A stretch of 61,084 nucleotides of DNA from a virus (lineage: Duplodnaviria > Caudoviricetes): positions 1-61,084 of the IMG/VR virus record IMGVR_UViG_3300021519_000011, one strand, 5' to 3'. A program made the translations under genes and the position numbers. Shown piece by piece: positions 46,131 through 54,838 of the stretch (position 1 is its first letter; every line of letters starts with the position of its first letter). The notes beneath the pieces are model-generated. The model did not search any database and was not told the DNA's origin. It was given only the letters and a program-made list of their open reading frames with translations.

Positions 46131-48617
46131 TTAACCTCTATTCGTTTGTTTGGACATCATTTGGTTGTGCTTGGCAATATCCACTCCAAGTTTGTTTGCT
46201 TCCGTTGTTGACTTAGACATCAATCTTGCAGCTTCAATTTCGCGTTGAATTTGTAGATCTGCATTGTCTTTTTGTACCTTAGCGTTTATTTGCATTCCCG
46301 CTATACGTTCTTGTGATGCTATTCTTTCTTGCTCAATAGCCATTTGTTGTGCCTTAGCCTGCGCATCAGACTGGGCCTTCATTTGCTTAGTTTGAGCTTC
46401 TTGAGCCTTGATTTGCAATTCCGCTTGCTGAATTTGAACCAATGGGTCTTGAGCTGCTTGTTGAGCTTGTTGCGCTGCAATAGCAGTTCTATCTTGTTGT
46501 AATAATTTCTGTGCTGCGGGCGCGGCTAATCTAGCAATCTGAAGTTCTACTTCTTCTGGTAATTCATAGTCCTCTTCTTCGCTATAAGGAATTGGAACGC
46601 CAATCATTTCTTCCATTTGTCTGCGATATGCATAACCTAAATGCTCTTGAATGTGGGACATTAAAGCGCCCATAATCATTTGCGCTTGTGGGTTTTGACC
46701 AATCGTTTGCATGATTTTTGGATCTTGCATTAGAGCCATATGCACTGCAATATGGGCATCGTGGTCTTGATATATAAACGCCTTTAATGGTTTACCCTTA
46801 AGGTTATCCATATTTTCCGTAATTGGATCGCGCGGTTTTTGATCATCGGGCAAAGGTACTAACTTGTTAGCATCCTTGATTCCTAGAACATCTAACATCT
46901 GGCGATGCAGCAATGGCATATTATAAAGTTGTGGCGCTGACTGGGCTAATTGAAGAGCAGCTTGATACTGCATAATCTTTTGGCTCATCGTAGCCGCATT
47001 AGGATCTGAAACTGGAATAACTTCTACATCGTCATAGTCCGATTTCTTAGCCTTGCGGTCACCTTCTGCTGGATCATATGAATACTCTTCAGGGGTGTAA
47101 TCCGCAATAATGGTCTTTAGTAACTTAAACTCGCGCTTCATTGAATAATGAATACGGGCTTGTACGGCAGACATAACTTTTAAAGTTCTTTCCAGAATAG
47201 CAAGGGTTGTCCCTACTGGGGTATTCCCTGACATATCTGCAACTTTTAAGTCAGCAGCAGAAGCGAACCGGCGACCTTCGTCTACGATCTTATCCAACAA
47301 CCCAGCCAGAACCATTGACGGCTCTTTGTATGGCAAAGTCATAATGTTGTCTTTCATCGTACCGCTAGGTACGTCAACGTCGCGGAATTCGCCGGGCGCT
47401 ATCGGCGTGTCGTCTCCTTTAACCCGCAATCCACGGGTCTTAAAGCCACCCGGCAAGTTGGAAAGTGACCCTGCATCAACCAACTGACGGAGGATAGAAG
47501 TTCCCGATTTAGCAAAAGCCCCGATAAGATGAATGAGACCAAAACAATAGAAGCCAAAACCGGGAATATAGCCGTAGTGAACAAAGTGCTGACGTTTCTT
47601 ATGAGTTTCATCATCTGGGTTCCAATTTCTCCTGATTGCCAAAACTGAATTGCTACCTTTTTCAATGGTTACAACATAAGGTAAAGCAATCCCCGTAGGT
47701 TCTCCATCTTCATCTTCATGCTCGTAGCCCTCTAAGTCGAGGTCAACGTGCATTTCCAACACTTTAAATCTGTCATCTGAGGTGGCTCTAAAGCCAAGCT
47801 TCTCTGCAATTTTCTTTTCTACTTCATCTAATACGTTGTCTGGCTCGCCTAGGTCTATATCTCTATAGAATCCAGCAACCTGAAGTTTGCGTAGTTCATT
47901 TTCGCTTTTGCGCATAACGTGAGTAACGCGCTCGGCTGACTCAAGACTAGATGCTCCGTAAGGAACAACCATATCTTCAGCAGGTACATACATAGCTACC
48001 TGACGTTGAAGACTTGGATCGTAATAAATTTTCTTAAATGCGTTACCTGCAATCCCCAAGCCCCAGAGTAAACGCTCTTGCTCAGGGCGATATTCCTGCA
48101 TTACGTCTGTTAATTGGTAGTTCATATCCGCTTGAACACGTTCAGCAGCAGCTTTCTTTTCAGGTGTTTCTTTGCCGATAATCTGGGTCTTTACAGGACC
48201 AGAGGCTGGAAACGTTTCCATGATGGTTTCAGATTGGAACTTAACGACTGCTTCAGAAAGCAGTGGGTGATAAACACCACAGGCGCCGGGCCACGGTTCC
48301 ATACGGTCTTCAATCTTCATACCTAAAAGCTCTAGACCGTCTACATAAGCCTGAATCCAATCTCTACGGGATGCTATATCTGAATCAAAATCGCCAATTA
48401 AATCTCCAGCAATTTCGGATAAAGCGCCGTCACTCATGTATTCTGCTAGGTTAGCACCAAAATCTTGATCGCTTTCCTCTTCTGGTTCTAGGGTAATCTC
48501 TAACCCGTCTATACCAATGGTTACTGATTCTGGATCTTCGATTTCAATATCAAGGGCGGGTTCCTGTGAAGAATCCATGCCTTCGGGTAGTTGGTATAGT
48601 GCTTTTTCAATTGCCAT
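46131..48617 (-). CDS. Portal protein
   Basis: 828 aa after terL; EPWPGACGV.HPLL.EA, FYCFGLIHLIG, LPYKEPS, Gln-rich barrel tail. Confidence 0.85.
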   Translation of the reverse strand: MAIEKALYQLPEGMDSSQEPALDIEIEDPESVTIGIDGLEITLEPEEESDQDFGANLAEYMSDGALSEIAGDLIGDFDSDIASRRDWIQAYVDGLELLGMKIEDRMEPWPGACGVYHPLLSEAVVKFQSETIMETFPASGPVKTQIIGKETPEKKAAAERVQADMNYQLTDVMQEYRPEQERLLWGLGIAGNAFKKIYYDPSLQRQVAMYVPAEDMVVPYGASSLESAERVTHVMRKSENELRKLQVAGFYRDIDLGEPDNVLDEVEKKIAEKLGFRATSDDRFKVLEMHVDLDLEGYEHEDEDGEPTGIALPYVVTIEKGSNSVLAIRRNWNPDDETHKKRQHFVHYGYIPGFGFYCFGLIHLIGAFAKSGTSILRQLVDAGSLSNLPGGFKTRGLRVKGDDTPIAPGEFRDVDVPSGTMKDNIMTLPYKEPSMVLAGLLDKIVDEGRRFASAADLKVADMSGNTPVGTTLAILERTLKVMSAVQARIHYSMKREFKLLKTIIADYTPEEYSYDPAEGDRKAKKSDYDDVEVIPVSDPNAATMSQKIMQYQAALQLAQSAPQLYNMPLLHRQMLDVLGIKDANKLVPLPDDQKPRDPITENMDNLKGKPLKAFIYQDHDAHIAVHMALMQDPKIMQTIGQNPQAQMIMGALMSHIQEHLGYAYRRQMEEMIGVPIPYSEEEDYELPEEVELQIARLAAPAAQKLLQQDRTAIAAQQAQQAAQDPLVQIQQAELQIKAQEAQTKQMKAQSDAQAKAQQMAIEQERIASQERIAGMQINAKVQKDNADLQIQREIEAARLMSKSTTEANKLGVDIAKHNQMMSKQTNRG

Positions 48618-48625
48618 AGTTTTTC

Positions 48626-50110
48626 CTAGTAATACGCGGTTTTGCGTCTATAAATTGGTTCATCTACTTCGTCTGATGGTAGCCGAATAAAGCCGCCTTT
48701 TCTAAAACGGATCAAAGCCTGTGTGGAGGAGTCCACTAAGTCATCGTGATCCGAGTTTGGAAAAGAAGCCATTTCTTCGATTACTTCATCAGCCCACCTT
48801 TTGCCGGGCGCCCACACCTTGCCAGACGCAAATAAATCTGTTACGGAATTCAGCCTTGCTATCTTATCATTACCACGGGTAGGTGTAAACTCTGTTACGG
48901 GTATACCCATACGCCTTAATTCAAATATAAGTGGCGTTCCTGAGGCTTTTGCCTCAACAATAAAAGCATCTGGTTCCCATTCTTTGTACATCTTAAAAGC
49001 CCGTTCTTTAAGTTCTGGGAACTCTAGCCTTTCTTTCATCGCATCCAAAAGAATAATATTAGGCTGCATCTCATCTTCATTAAGATAAAAAACTCCCCAT
49101 GTTGTGCAGGCTGAATAGTCCGAACGTTCATTCTTAGTAAAGGCGGTATCCCAAGATTGGATAATAAACTCACACTTCGGCGGGGTATCGGTTTCCCATT
49201 TCTGCCACCAATCTCTTTTAACTAGGGCGCCCTCTTCTGAGGTAGGACTCTGTTGATACTGAGCGTTCCATTTAGAAACTGGAAGTTCTTCCTTTAAAGC
49301 GAGTAATTCATTTAGGGGCCAGAACGCGGGCCATAATGGTCTTTCGCTAGGCAGTATCGCTGGGAAACTAATTACTTCCCACTCATCGCCATCTCGCTCA
49401 AAGGCCGATTTTAAAATTCTTCCAGTTAAATCTTTTAGGCTCCAGCGGGTCATAACAACCACAATCGCTCCGCCCGGCTGTAGTCGTTGTCTTGGACCAG
49501 AGGAATACCACTCAAAGACCTTATCGTAAACCTCTGGGTTAGTCGCGGCAATCGCGGCCTCTTGCTCCGAGTGGGGATCGTCAATAATCAAAAGGTCCGC
49601 ACCTTTACCAGTAACGGTACCGCCAACACCAATAGCGAAGTAAGTGCCCCCCTTATTTGTGTCCCAGCGCCCCGCAGCCTTGGAATCTGATTTCAAATTT
49701 ACTTCTGGAAATACCTCGTGGTACTGTGAGGATCCTACCAAGTTCCGTACTTTTCGTCCAAAGCCAACAGCCAGTTCCGCAGTATTGGAACACTGGATAA
49801 TCTTCTTATCAGGGAACTTTCCCAGAAACCACGCAGGAAGCATGTAACTAGCAAACTCAGACTTAGTATGGCGAGGAGGCATATTAATAATAAGACGACG
49901 AAGTTTTCCATCTGCTATATCCTGAAATTTCTGGGCCATAATCTTATGATGACCACCGTTAATAAAGCCGGGCCACATTTGGTGCACAAAGGCCATAAAA
50001 TCATTCTGGGACTTTTCCCGTTTTAGGGAGTCTTTGTATTCCTGAGCCATAGCAAACAAAACATCTTGTTCTTCTTCTGGAAGGCTTTCGATTAGTTTTT
50101 CTAGCTTCAC
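48626..50110 (-). CDS. terL: Terminase large subunit
   Basis: INMPPRHTKS Walker A, LLIIDDP Walker B, QSWDTA, VEAKASG, HDDLVDS. Confidence 0.95.
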   Translation of the reverse strand: MKLEKLIESLPEEEQDVLFAMAQEYKDSLKREKSQNDFMAFVHQMWPGFINGGHHKIMAQKFQDIADGKLRRLIINMPPRHTKSEFASYMLPAWFLGKFPDKKIIQCSNTAELAVGFGRKVRNLVGSSQYHEVFPEVNLKSDSKAAGRWDTNKGGTYFAIGVGGTVTGKGADLLIIDDPHSEQEAAIAATNPEVYDKVFEWYSSGPRQRLQPGGAIVVVMTRWSLKDLTGRILKSAFERDGDEWEVISFPAILPSERPLWPAFWPLNELLALKEELPVSKWNAQYQQSPTSEEGALVKRDWWQKWETDTPPKCEFIIQSWDTAFTKNERSDYSACTTWGVFYLNEDEMQPNIILLDAMKERLEFPELKERAFKMYKEWEPDAFIVEAKASGTPLIFELRRMGIPVTEFTPTRGNDKIARLNSVTDLFASGKVWAPGKRWADEVIEEMASFPNSDHDDLVDSSTQALIRFRKGGFIRLPSDEVDEPIYRRKTAYY

Positions 50111-50331
50111 TCTAGTTTATGCACCCTAATATACGAAGGCCGAATACTGCGGGCGTGTCTGGGCAGCATTTTGCAATACCCAAGTTCTACTAACTTCTTC
50201 ATAGTACGATGTACATTACCTCTACCCTTATCGCCCGTTATTTCCATAATGTAATCTATAGACGGACCAAACCCATGCATTTTCCAATGCTTATTAATAA
50301 TGTCATATATGTAGGCTTGCTTCTCAGTCAT
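50107..50331 (-). CDS. LexA-type winged-helix DNA-binding domain protein without peptidase domain
   Basis: MTEKQ..IYD.I......GFGPS...I....G.....VH.....L...GY.......ARSI; 74 aa. Confidence 0.75.
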   Translation of the reverse strand: MTEKQAYIYDIINKHWKMHGFGPSIDYIMEITGDKGRGNVHRTMKKLVELGYCKMLPRHARSIRPSYIRVHKLE

Positions 50332-50389
50332 ATTCTTCAGCTTCTGTAGATATCTACACAAGCTGCTTTTATAAAAATATACATACCCC

Positions 50390-51256
50390 CTACCCCTTTG
50401 TTTTAGAAACAGAAGGGGGGGTGTTCCCTGTAGGAACTTCTTGCCAATCGGGGTGGTTTTTTGTACCCCCACCCCCCTCTTCATCATCATTTCTATGTGG
50501 TAACGTTTCCACATGCGTGTAACTCGTTGATTCTATTGGGGCGTTTTTGGCTAAATTCGTTTTCTTTGGTGATTGTGTGTCTGGAATAGTATGTAGTAAT
50601 TGCGCCCGATCATTTTGGGACAAGGTGGGGTCGGGAGTGGGTGGGGTCGCGCCCGTGCCGTCCTCGAATGGTGCTGGCCTTGGAAGCCCGCTTATCTCCG
50701 CTAGCAACTCGATAGCCTCTAAGTCCTCGCCTATATCAACTGTATTCGCTTGCATGGCTTCTTTTATCTGCGCTAATAGATCGGCGCGTAGTTTATCGCT
50801 GGACTTGTGAACGATCTGCTCGCTTACGGACTTGTATACGGATAACTCAGCCACTTGGCCTAGCTTCGATAGGGCTTGTATGCGCTCTCCTGCCTTACTA
50901 TTGGGGTCTGTAGCTTCCTTTGTAAGCTGAGATACTACAAGGGAACGTAACCGCCTTATCATTTCACTACTCGTTTGATAATCAACATATGCTTTAGCCC
51001 TCTCGAGCGCCTCTACTTCTGCCTGTATTCTGCTATCTTTTGCCAATCTGCTCGCATTGTCGCTCATGGTCTTGCGCTTGCCCTTGTGCTGGTAGGCTTT
51101 ATCGAATGCTTCCGTTTGATTGAGGCCATCTACTAATCCCCGCGCAAACTGTTTCTGCTTATGGGTTAGGTTCCGCTGATTGCCTAATATGGCCTCGGCA
51201 GGTAACTGCGCTAGGCTCTGTTTAATCTGCTCTTTACTTAGCTTTTGTATCTTCAT
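50390..51256 (-). CDS. terS: Terminase small subunit
   Basis: LTHKQKQFA......NQTEA...AY......ASRL HTH; RIQAL..LG; upstream of terL. Confidence 0.75.
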   Translation of the reverse strand: MKIQKLSKEQIKQSLAQLPAEAILGNQRNLTHKQKQFARGLVDGLNQTEAFDKAYQHKGKRKTMSDNASRLAKDSRIQAEVEALERAKAYVDYQTSSEMIRRLRSLVVSQLTKEATDPNSKAGERIQALSKLGQVAELSVYKSVSEQIVHKSSDKLRADLLAQIKEAMQANTVDIGEDLEAIELLAEISGLPRPAPFEDGTGATPPTPDPTLSQNDRAQLLHTIPDTQSPKKTNLAKNAPIESTSYTHVETLPHRNDDEEGGGGTKNHPDWQEVPTGNTPPSVSKTKG

Positions 51257-51297
51257 TTGATGGGTATAGATTAGGAATTAGGCCATATTATCACAAC

Positions 51298-51317
51298 TAC
51301 TGTATAAGCATACAGTA
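51298..51317. promoter_or_regulatory. Consensus LexA (SOS) box
   Basis: TACTGTATAAGCATACAGTA in the divergent intergenic region, about 40 nt upstream of terS. Confidence 0.75.
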
Positions 51318-51592
51318 AAACGGTGGATTACAAGTATCTGCTTTTGTTTCTCTCCCTATAAGATTACCAACTAAGCTATTCCAGAACGGAAGATTAGCGG
51401 GCTTTTAATTTAATCTAGCCCCTGACACTTTTTAAAACGAGCGTCTTTACATATAAGACGTAAGGTAAATTATTTAAAGATATACCCTCACAAAATCGAT
51501 TTTCAACTGTCCTATATGTAAGACCTAAGATTTTAGTTAATCAATCGTCTTAGTAGTAGAAGTCCCTTAAACCTAACGGAGATTTAAACAAA

Positions 51593-51787
51593 GTGAATAC
51601 AAAACTAGAAAACGCAATAAAACAAAGCCGCCTATCCTATTTAGCCCTGACTGATGACGAAAAGAAAGAGCGCGACTGTATACGCTTATGTAATTCTTTT
51701 GCTATGGTTAAAGAGCTATTTCCCGATCTAGATGGTAAACGGGCTTTAATCATGGCTGGCGCGGTAGTCGAGAGCTTATTTAAATAA
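51593..51787 (+). CDS. Hypothetical early protein
   Basis: GTG start after GGAG; followed by a hairpin. Confidence 0.55.
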   Translation: MNTKLENAIKQSRLSYLALTDDEKKERDCIRLCNSFAMVKELFPDLDGKRALIMAGAVVESLFK

Positions 51788-51792
51788 TGGAG

Positions 51793-51828
51793 ATAGCGGG
51801 CTAATAACCCGCTATTAACCCTATTTTT
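51793..51828 (+). terminator. Terminator-like hairpin
   Basis: ATAGCGGG-CTAATAA-CCCGCTAT with a T run shortly after. Confidence 0.5.
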
Positions 51829-51932
51829 TACTCAAGTATTAGACAATTTAAATATATTGTGATCTAATCGAGGTTATGCAATACATCAATACAATTTTTT
51901 AACCCTGTAACCCTTATATATAAAGGCACAAT

Positions 51933-52784
51933 ATGAATTTATTCGATATTCAAGAGGACGAAATACTGGCAGCACCAGCCACGGCAGCAGTCGCGCCCGT
52001 AATTACGCTTTATAAGGAAGCCTGTAAAAAGTGCAACGGCTCAGGCCGCTGGGTTGGTGGATACGTTAATCACACCGTCCGCACCTGCTTCGCTTGCGAG
52101 GGTCGCGGCTTTCACGAATACAAAACTAGTGGCACTCAACGCGCAGCCGCCCGCCAATCAGCAGAAAACCGCAAGGTATCGCAGGCAGCCGCAGCCACCA
52201 GCAGCGCGCAGGCATGGGCAGCCGCTAACCCCGCAGCATATGATTGGTTATCTAATGCCCGTGGCGATTTTGCCGCTTCATTATCTCAAGCCCTTACTAA
52301 ATACGGCAGCCTGACAGAAAAGCAATTAGCCGCCGTTTTAAAATGCGCAGCTGCTGATCTTGACCGCAAGGCAGCCGCCGAACAACGTGCCGCAGCCGCG
52401 CCGCAGCTTGATATATCCCGCATTGAATTAACCTTCCAGACCGCCAAAGATAAGGGCATTAAACGCCCAAAATTGCGCCTCGATACCTTTACGTTTTCCC
52501 CTGCGCCTGATAGCGGTAAAAATGCTGGTGCGATTTATGTTAAGGCCAAAGATGAGGACGGCACGTATTTGGGCAAAATTATGCAAGGTCGTTTTTTAGC
52601 TAGCCGCGATTGTGCAGCCGATCAACAGGCCGCGGTTATTGCAGCCGCTAGCGACCCCGCAGCAGCCGCCATAGCTTACGGCAGACGCTTTGGGGCTTGC
52701 TCTATCTGTGGCAGGGAATTGACTGTAGGGGAGAGCATAGACCGCGGTATCGGCCCGATTTGTGCTGGTAAATTTGGATTTTAA
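51933..52784 (+). CDS. DUF6011-like protein with an N-terminal DnaJ-type zinc finger
   Basis: CKKCNGSG and CFACEGRG; C-terminal C..CGRELT...SI.RGIGPIC. Confidence 0.75.
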   Translation: MNLFDIQEDEILAAPATAAVAPVITLYKEACKKCNGSGRWVGGYVNHTVRTCFACEGRGFHEYKTSGTQRAAARQSAENRKVSQAAAATSSAQAWAAANPAAYDWLSNARGDFAASLSQALTKYGSLTEKQLAAVLKCAAADLDRKAAAEQRAAAAPQLDISRIELTFQTAKDKGIKRPKLRLDTFTFSPAPDSGKNAGAIYVKAKDEDGTYLGKIMQGRFLASRDCAADQQAAVIAAASDPAAAAIAYGRRFGACSICGRELTVGESIDRGIGPICAGKFGF

Positions 52785-52790
52785 ATAACA

Positions 52791-52847
52791 GATCGAAACC
52801 CGCGCAAGCGGGTCTAAGGGTTTAGCCCTTACTGATGAGATCACTAA
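52791..52847 (+). ncRNA. Type II hammerhead ribozyme
   Basis: Stem II GAUC/GAUC; GAAA; stem III ACCCGC-GCAA-GCGGGU; cleavage triplet GUC (C52814); stem I UAAGGG-UUUAG-CCCUUA; core CUGAUGA; loop I UUAG can pair with 3' CUAA. Confidence 0.92.
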
Positions 52848-52865
52848 CCTAGAGGAGTATTACAA

Positions 52866-53174
52866 ATGGAACGAATTACAGACAAACAACTGGACAATCT
52901 AGCCACTTGGCTTAATGAATTAACCGATAGCCCTAAAGAATATTCATACAGAGATCAGGACGGGAAATTCCGTTCTAATGTAGGCAACTACCATATCAGC
53001 CACGCTTATGGCGGCGTATGCTTGCACCGTATTGTGAACGAGGGCGGCGGTATAAATTGCCCTATCGTTGGCGGGCATATCCCTAAGCGGGCATTGTTTG
53101 AACAAATGCACGCATATATTAAGGGCTTATTGGATGCCAAAAAATTAACCCAAAAAGAGGAGATCACAGCATGA
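52866..53174 (+). CDS. Hypothetical early protein
   Basis: RBS AGAGGAG; GNYH.S.AYGG..L......GG. Confidence 0.7.
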   Translation: MERITDKQLDNLATWLNELTDSPKEYSYRDQDGKFRSNVGNYHISHAYGGVCLHRIVNEGGGINCPIVGGHIPKRALFEQMHAYIKGLLDAKKLTQKEEITA

Positions 53175-53356
53175 GCCAATATATAGAAAATCAATTTTTT
53201 AGCGTATTACCCGAGCCAATCCTAAAAGGCACTGATTTAGACCTAAAAATTCAAGTATCGGGCAAGTTTGGTAAGACCAACTGGCTAAACATTGACAAAG
53301 AAGATGCCCTATTGATTCAGCGCATTTTAGAAAATTCTTACGATAGGAGACGTTAA
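53171..53356 (+). CDS. Hypothetical protein
   Basis: ATGA-coupled; KTNWLNI. Confidence 0.6.
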   Translation: MSQYIENQFFSVLPEPILKGTDLDLKIQVSGKFGKTNWLNIDKEDALLIQRILENSYDRRR

Positions 53357-53466
53357 GCCATGACTAATCACCAATGGACGCATTACACCCTAGCAAGGGC
53401 TTACAGCAAGGGAATATTGACAGCGCAACAGGTCGCGGAGTTTATCGCTATATATAGGGGGTTTAA

Positions 53467-53781
53467 ATGATTGAGGACTTCACAGGGCAGGGCATTCTAG
53501 AGGATGCCTACTCATACAACAGACCAGCCGAGATCATAGCAAACGGGCTTTTAAACGGGCTTATCCGCGCGGGATACACCAAAGAACAGGCCATAAACCT
53601 ATTCTATTCTAAAGCCCTTAGATGGGCATTAGACGGCGCACTAGGGGAACACTTGCACGAGATCGGGTACCAATACGGGCAGATCATGGCGCAGGAATAC
53701 AAGCCGGAAGAGTTTAACTACACATTACCGCCCGAGCAACGCTATGCGCTGATGGATCACAATCACCGAGAATCAGCCTAA
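53467..53781 (+). CDS. Hypothetical protein
   Basis: RBS-like AGGGGG; 104 aa. Confidence 0.6.
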   Translation: MIEDFTGQGILEDAYSYNRPAEIIANGLLNGLIRAGYTKEQAINLFYSKALRWALDGALGEHLHEIGYQYGQIMAQEYKPEEFNYTLPPEQRYALMDHNHRESA

Positions 53782-53941
53782 ACAGTACCCTGAAATGCCT
53801 CATTTAAAGGGGGTATTTTGGAGTAGGGTTTACCCTATGTTTTCGCATTAATTAATTAGTGCGTGGATTTTTTGCAGCATGAGGCTATTTTTCCGCTGTT
53901 TAGCTGAGACGCAAGAGTGGGTCAGGCTTAGTGAAATAGTT

Positions 53942-53970
53942 TTGCATTACGCAATATATGGTAGTAAGAT
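53942..53970 (+). promoter_or_regulatory. Sigma70-type promoter
   Basis: TTGCAT-N17-TAAGAT upstream of RBS AGAGGAG and ATG 54012. Confidence 0.6.
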
Positions 53971-54011
53971 TTATATTGTATTGAGGAATACTAACCTAGA
54001 GGAGAAACAAA

Positions 54012-54299
54012 ATGACTAAATTAACGATTGAAATAGAATTACCAGAGGGTCAGGCTATCCCAAGTGCTGACGATATTGCAAGGCTTACCAATCCTGATTG
54101 GATTGCGTCATGGTGGCATATTGACGATGTAAAAGAGCAATATTTGGGTGATGAAGAATACAGCAAACTAACCGACGAGGAAGCTCGAGAAGTTTTAAGG
54201 CTTGCTGATAAATACCACGACTGTGAAAACGGCCTTAATTGGGAAGTATTTGACTCATGGGCTGAACATGTAAAAGCACAACGCAAGGAGGCAGCATGA
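54012..54299 (+). CDS. Hypothetical phage protein
   Basis: W.IDDV...LTDEEAREVL.....HD...G.NW. Confidence 0.7.
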   Translation: MTKLTIEIELPEGQAIPSADDIARLTNPDWIASWWHIDDVKEQYLGDEEYSKLTDEEAREVLRLADKYHDCENGLNWEVFDSWAEHVKAQRKEAA

Positions 54300-54481
54300 G
54301 CTACGACTCTGATTATGAAAATATTTACATGGTGGAATTTGATTCAGGTCGAATCATTCATGTAAGCCAATTTACAGTTGAAGATGTAATTGAATATTGT
54401 GCTGACACATATGAAGGCCAAGCTATCAAATCAATCTATGAAGAAGTTTATGTTGCTGACGAGGAAGAAGAAGATGCCTAA
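54296..54481 (+). CDS. Small acidic protein
   Basis: RBS AAGGAGG; ATGA coupling. Confidence 0.6.
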   Translation: MSYDSDYENIYMVEFDSGRIIHVSQFTVEDVIEYCADTYEGQAIKSIYEEVYVADEEEEDA

Positions 54482-54635
54482 ATATGAAATTAGTTATACA
54501 TCATGGGTAACGATTGAAGTGGAAGCACTAACAGAAGATGACGCACTGGAAACTGGTGATCTTGTGCTTGAAAGAATGACTGGTGCTGATTTTAGAGAAT
54601 GTTGTGATTATCAAGGAATAAGGAGGGAAGCATGA
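54474..54635 (+). CDS. Small hypothetical protein
   Basis: MPKYEI...IEVEA.TEDDA; start moved to the internal ATG. Confidence 0.55.
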   Translation: MPKYEISYTSWVTIEVEALTEDDALETGDLVLERMTGADFRECCDYQGIRREA

Positions 54636-54838
54636 AATATAAGGTATATCTACTTGATAAAACTTTAGAGGCCGATACGCCTATCGAGTTGCACAACATG
54701 GTTTGGGATTGGCAGATAGATCACCAAGTTTCAGAGGAAGATTGGACTAGCCCCGCGGTTTGGTTTGGTAATGAGGTAATCGGGGCAGTAAATTACAACG
54801 GGAGGATATGTGCGTCAGAACCAAAAAAGGAGGATTGA
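54632..54838 (+). CDS. Hypothetical protein
   Basis: RBS GGAGG; IG.VNYNGRI. Confidence 0.6.
   Translation: MKYKVYLLDKTLEADTPIELHNMVWDWQIDHQVSEEDWTSPAVWFGNEVIGAVNYNGRICASEPKKED

Noticed and set aside
50332-50514. N-terminal extension of ORF 50107-50514
   Set aside because: Overlaps terS and the G/C tracts; the LexA-like domain starts at ATG 50331.
7452-51660. Other CTGATGA words (near 7452, 10163, 28552, 51651) as hammerhead cores
   Set aside because: All are inside coding sequences with no matching GAAA/stem arrangement.
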